The notes under the pieces: generated by a model
What the model was told of the DNA's origin: nothing
Databases searched by the model: none
Seen by the model: only the letters and a program-made list of their open reading frames with translations
Shown here: positions 62,100 through 64,000 of the stretch, piece after piece
Layout of the letters: each line of letters starts with the position of its first letter
Position numbering within the stretch: position 1 is the first letter of the stretch
DNA from: Patescibacteria group bacterium
GTDB lineage: Bacteria; Patescibacteriota; Patescibacteriia; Patescibacteriales; UBA12465
Assembly: GCA_041650715.1 (NCBI GenBank)
Contig: JBAZKQ010000001.1
Span: 6,945-70,944 of the forward strand
Reading direction: 5' to 3'
DNA length: 64,000 bases
Made by a program: the position numbers and the translations under genes

Positions 62100-62128
62100 T
62101 TGTAATTTTAATAAATCTTATTTATAAT
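62100..62128 (+). promoter_or_regulatory. Promoter-like element inside the nrdD/glycyl-radical-ORF spacer
   Basis: TTGTAA (62100-62105), an exact 17-nt spacer, then TATAAT (62123-62128). It lies about 60 nt upstream of the ATG at 62188. Confidence 0.4.
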
Positions 62129-62187
62129 AATAATGCAATTAGTCATTAATTAATCTAAAATTATTAATTAGTTGCTTAATTTGAGAT

Positions 62188-62328
62188 ATGAGCCCCATTC
62201 AAACTCAAAGACAAGAATGTATCGTTTACAGCCGTGTCGTCGGCTGGTTAACACCGGTTAAGAACTATAATCCCGGTAAAGCATCTGAATACAAGGATCG
62301 AAAAACCTTTAAGGTTCTCTCCGAGTAA
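62188..62328 (+). CDS. 46-aa ORF encoding the NrdD glycyl-radical C-terminal motif (detached)
   Basis: Absent from the ORF track because it is under 60 aa. The translation is MSPIQTQRQECIVYSRVVGWLTPVKNYNPGKASEYKDRKTFKVLSE. YSRVVGW...NPGK..E.KDRK corresponds to the RVxGY...N.GKQEE..R glycyl-radical tail of class III RNRs. It is in a different frame from nrdD and is preceded by an in-frame TGA at 62182. Confidence 0.75.
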   Translation: MSPIQTQRQECIVYSRVVGWLTPVKNYNPGKASEYKDRKTFKVLSE

Positions 62329-62343
62329 TTAGATTTCACGCTT

Positions 62344-63069
62344 ATGATTATTGGTGGTTTAGAGAAGTTAACGCTTCTGGACTACCCCGATCATTTGGCG
62401 GCTATAATCTTTACCCAAGGTTGTAATTTCCGTTGCCACTTTTGCTACAACCCTATGCTTGTCCTGCCCCAAACGGGAGGGGACGAAAAAAATAAAAAAG
62501 AAAAAGGTTTTTCTCCGCTTTCCACTGAAGACCTTTTTCTTTTTTTGAAGGAAAGATTTGGCCGCCTTGAAGGGGTCGTTATCACGGGCGGGGAGCCGAC
62601 ACTGCACCCCGACCTGCCGTCTTTTATTAAAACTATAAAAGACATGGGTTATTTGGTTAAGTTAGACAGTAACGGCACAAACCCGGAAATGCTCGCGGGT
62701 CTGATTAAAGATAAATTGGTTGATTATATTGCCATGGATATTAAGGCGCCGCTCGATAAATATGAGACGACGGTTAATGTCAAACTTGACTGGGATAATA
62801 TCAGAAAAAGTGTTAAAATAATAATGGCGAGCGGCCTGCCTTATGAATTTCGGACGACCGTCGTTCCAGGGCTTTTAGAAAAGGATGATTTTCATGCGAT
62901 GGGCGTATTAATTAAAGGAGCCAGCAAATGGTATTTGCAAAATTTTAAGTCTGATACTGAATTAGTAAATGCTACTTATAAAAAACAGGCGGGCTTCAGC
63001 ACTCAAGAAATGAAAGAATTTGCCGTTATCGGTCGAGAATATGTCGGTCTTTGCGAAGTTAGAACTTAA
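62344..63069 (+). CDS. nrdG: Anaerobic ribonucleotide reductase activating protein (radical SAM)
   Basis: 241 aa. It has the CxxxCxxC motif GCNFRCHFCYNP, then GVVITGGEPTL and KLDSNGTNP. Confidence 0.88.
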   Translation: MIIGGLEKLTLLDYPDHLAAIIFTQGCNFRCHFCYNPMLVLPQTGGDEKNKKEKGFSPLSTEDLFLFLKERFGRLEGVVITGGEPTLHPDLPSFIKTIKDMGYLVKLDSNGTNPEMLAGLIKDKLVDYIAMDIKAPLDKYETTVNVKLDWDNIRKSVKIIMASGLPYEFRTTVVPGLLEKDDFHAMGVLIKGASKWYLQNFKSDTELVNATYKKQAGFSTQEMKEFAVIGREYVGLCEVRT

Positions 63070-63070
63070 T

Positions 63071-63334
63071 ATGATAGAAAATATAGAGGAACAAGCGAAT
63101 ACTTCTCTTGAAAATAAAGCGCCAAGCGAATTGCTTGATTTATTGCGTGCCAATTTAGAAAAAAGCGACGAAGTTTTAAAAATTTCTCGGGATATCAAGA
63201 AATATATGCGTCTCCAGAATATTTGGGGGACGCTCCGCTTACTCTTGATTATCGGCCCGATAATTTTAGGCTTTATTTATTTGCCGCCGCTTATCCAGGA
63301 ATATTTATCTTCCTACAAATCATTGTTACAATAA
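63071..63334 (+). CDS. Small membrane protein (C-terminal TM)
   Basis: Start placed at the ATG at 63071, 1 nt after the nrdG stop, giving 87 aa. The N-terminal half is acidic and helical, and the TM helix is LRLLLIIGPIILGFIYLPPL. Confidence 0.5.
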   Translation: MIENIEEQANTSLENKAPSELLDLLRANLEKSDEVLKISRDIKKYMRLQNIWGTLRLLLIIGPIILGFIYLPPLIQEYLSSYKSLLQ

Positions 63335-63353
63335 TTTTTGATTTTTGTGTCGT

Positions 63354-64000
63354 ATGAAAGATATTGCCGTTTTTGCGCTCACAACTTATCGTAACGAATT
63401 TAAAAAATTCGGCATTAAAACCGACGATCGCCGTCGGCATATGTATTTGATTGGGAAAACCGGTATGGGAAAATCGACGATTCTCGAGAATATGATTGTC
63501 GATGATATCCGCGCCGGTAAAGGTGTGGCCGTTGTTGATCCGCATGGTGATTTGGCGGAAAAAATTGTCGAATACATACCGAGCGACCGCATTAATGATG
63601 TTGTTTATTTTAATCCTTCCGACATTAATTTTCCGATTGCCTTTAACGTGGTCGAGCAAGTTGAACCGCATCTGCGCCATTTAGTGGCGTCGGGTTTAAT
63701 TGGTGTTTTCCAAAAATTATGGGCGGACTCCTGGGGGCCGCGCTTAGAGTATATTTTACGCAACGCGATTTTAGCGATTTTAGATTTTCCGGGTTCGACT
63801 CTAATGGGCGTCGTGCGTATGCTTTCGGATAAAAATTATCGTAAAAAAGTGGTCGCTAATATTAAAGACCCGGTCGTTAAGGCTTTTTGGGAAAAAGAAT
63901 TTTCCGGTTATGCCGATAAATTTGCGTCTGAGGCGGTTTCGCCTATTCAAAATAAAGTCGGGCAATTTTTGTCCAGTTCCTTGATGCGCAATATTATTGG
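63354..64000 (+). CDS. VirD4/TraD/TraG-like type IV secretion coupling-protein-family P-loop ATPase, N-terminal part (3' end outside window)
   Basis: Absent from the ORF track because there is no stop in the window. ATG at 63354. The translation is MKDIAVFALTTYRNEFKKFGIKTDDRRRHMYLIGKTGMGKSTILENMIVDDIRAGKGVAVVDPHGDLAEKIV... Walker A followed by the xxVxDPHGDL pattern is typical of TraD/VirD4/HerA-like DNA-translocase ATPases. Confidence 0.6.
   Translation, partial: MKDIAVFALTTYRNEFKKFGIKTDDRRRHMYLIGKTGMGKSTILENMIVDDIRAGKGVAVVDPHGDLAEKIVEYIPSDRINDVVYFNPSDINFPIAFNVVEQVEPHLRHLVASGLIGVFQKLWADSWGPRLEYILRNAILAILDFPGSTLMGVVRMLSDKNYRKKVVANIKDPVVKAFWEKEFSGYADKFASEAVSPIQNKVGQFLSSSLMRNII

Noticed and set aside
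62076-62187. The spacer between the nrdD body and the glycyl-radical ORF as a group I/II intron, an intein, or a T4 gene-60-style translational bypass.
   Set aside because: At 112 nt it is far below the size of self-splicing introns, and I see no P-helix-like GC pairing because it is almost pure AT. An intein is excluded by the stop codons and the frame change. For bypassing there is no matching take-off/landing codon pair in the right frame: the CTC before the stop has its only nearby CTC at 62204, which lands out of frame. I kept it as a hypothesis to test rather than a claim.
63291-63680. 129-aa minus-strand ORF (and 63386..63592, 63496..63684) listed in the ORF track.
   Set aside because: The plus-strand frame starting at 63354 encodes a clean Walker-A ATPase that continues beyond the window. 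The track lacks it only because no stop is reached. The listed ORFs are antisense or out-of-frame shadows.
1-64000. A search by eye for rRNA, tRNA, tmRNA, CRISPR arrays, IS elements/transposases, integrases, prophage genes, toxin-antitoxin pairs and alternative genetic code (UGA recoding).
   Set aside because: No intergenic region is long enough or has cloverleaf-like GC-rich arms for a tRNA. There are no regularly spaced direct repeats and no DDE/tyrosine-recombinase motifs. Genes end normally with TAA/TAG/TGA (for example TGA at 21051), so code 11 fits. Absence calls made by eye are provisional. tRNAscan-SE, Infernal/Rfam and CRISPR detection software should be run.

Overview
This is a dense, mostly plus-strand 64-kb stretch with about 52 protein genes. 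Intergenic regions are short and AT-rich, with recognisable sigma70-like promoters and A/T-flanked hairpin terminators. By eye I found no rRNA, tRNA, CRISPR array, transposase or integrase, and the standard genetic code fits. The housekeeping backbone is uvrA (3' end), argS, glyQS, ndk, gyrA, mscL, rmuC, radC, an M16 peptidase, a UvrD-type helicase-nuclease, ruvB, queA, lepB, hisS, rpsU, relA/spoT, clpP, secD/secF, ftsA/ftsZ and nrdR-nrdD-nrdG. The source is probably a small-genome anaerobic bacterium of the Patescibacteria/CPR type. That is an inference from gene content: scattered type IV pilus parts, a stand-alone ComEC beta-lactamase-domain protein, Wzy_C proteins without LPS genes, giant cysteine-rich surface proteins, VirB2-like pilin modules, a class III RNR and a short RelA. 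There is no marker gene to confirm it.

Five things stand out:
1. A roughly 16-kb, seven-gene cluster (32.4-48.5 kb) encodes three giant secreted proteins of 901, 1940 and 1663 aa plus four small membrane proteins. Two of the giants are anchored by a VirB2/TrbC-like pilin hairpin. The third embeds a type IV-pilin-like head domain and a beta-helix region.
2. A 1003-aa PilB/GspE ATPase contains two complete, apparently catalytic ATPase cores. It sits in a tight operon with a polytopic membrane protein, a translin-like protein and a phosphoesterase.
3. The nrdD gene is split. Its glycyl-radical C-terminal motif is encoded by a separate 46-codon ORF that is missing from the ORF track, after a 112-nt AT-rich spacer that contains a promoter-like element.
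4. A Wzy_C+TPR / GT2 / GT8 / prepilin-peptidase operon is a candidate pilin O-glycosylation locus.
5. A 49-codon lysine-rich H1-like gene, also missing from the ORF track, has its own promoter, the strongest Shine-Dalgarno seen in the window, and its own terminator.

All functional calls rest on motif recognition by eye. No HMM or BLAST search could be run.
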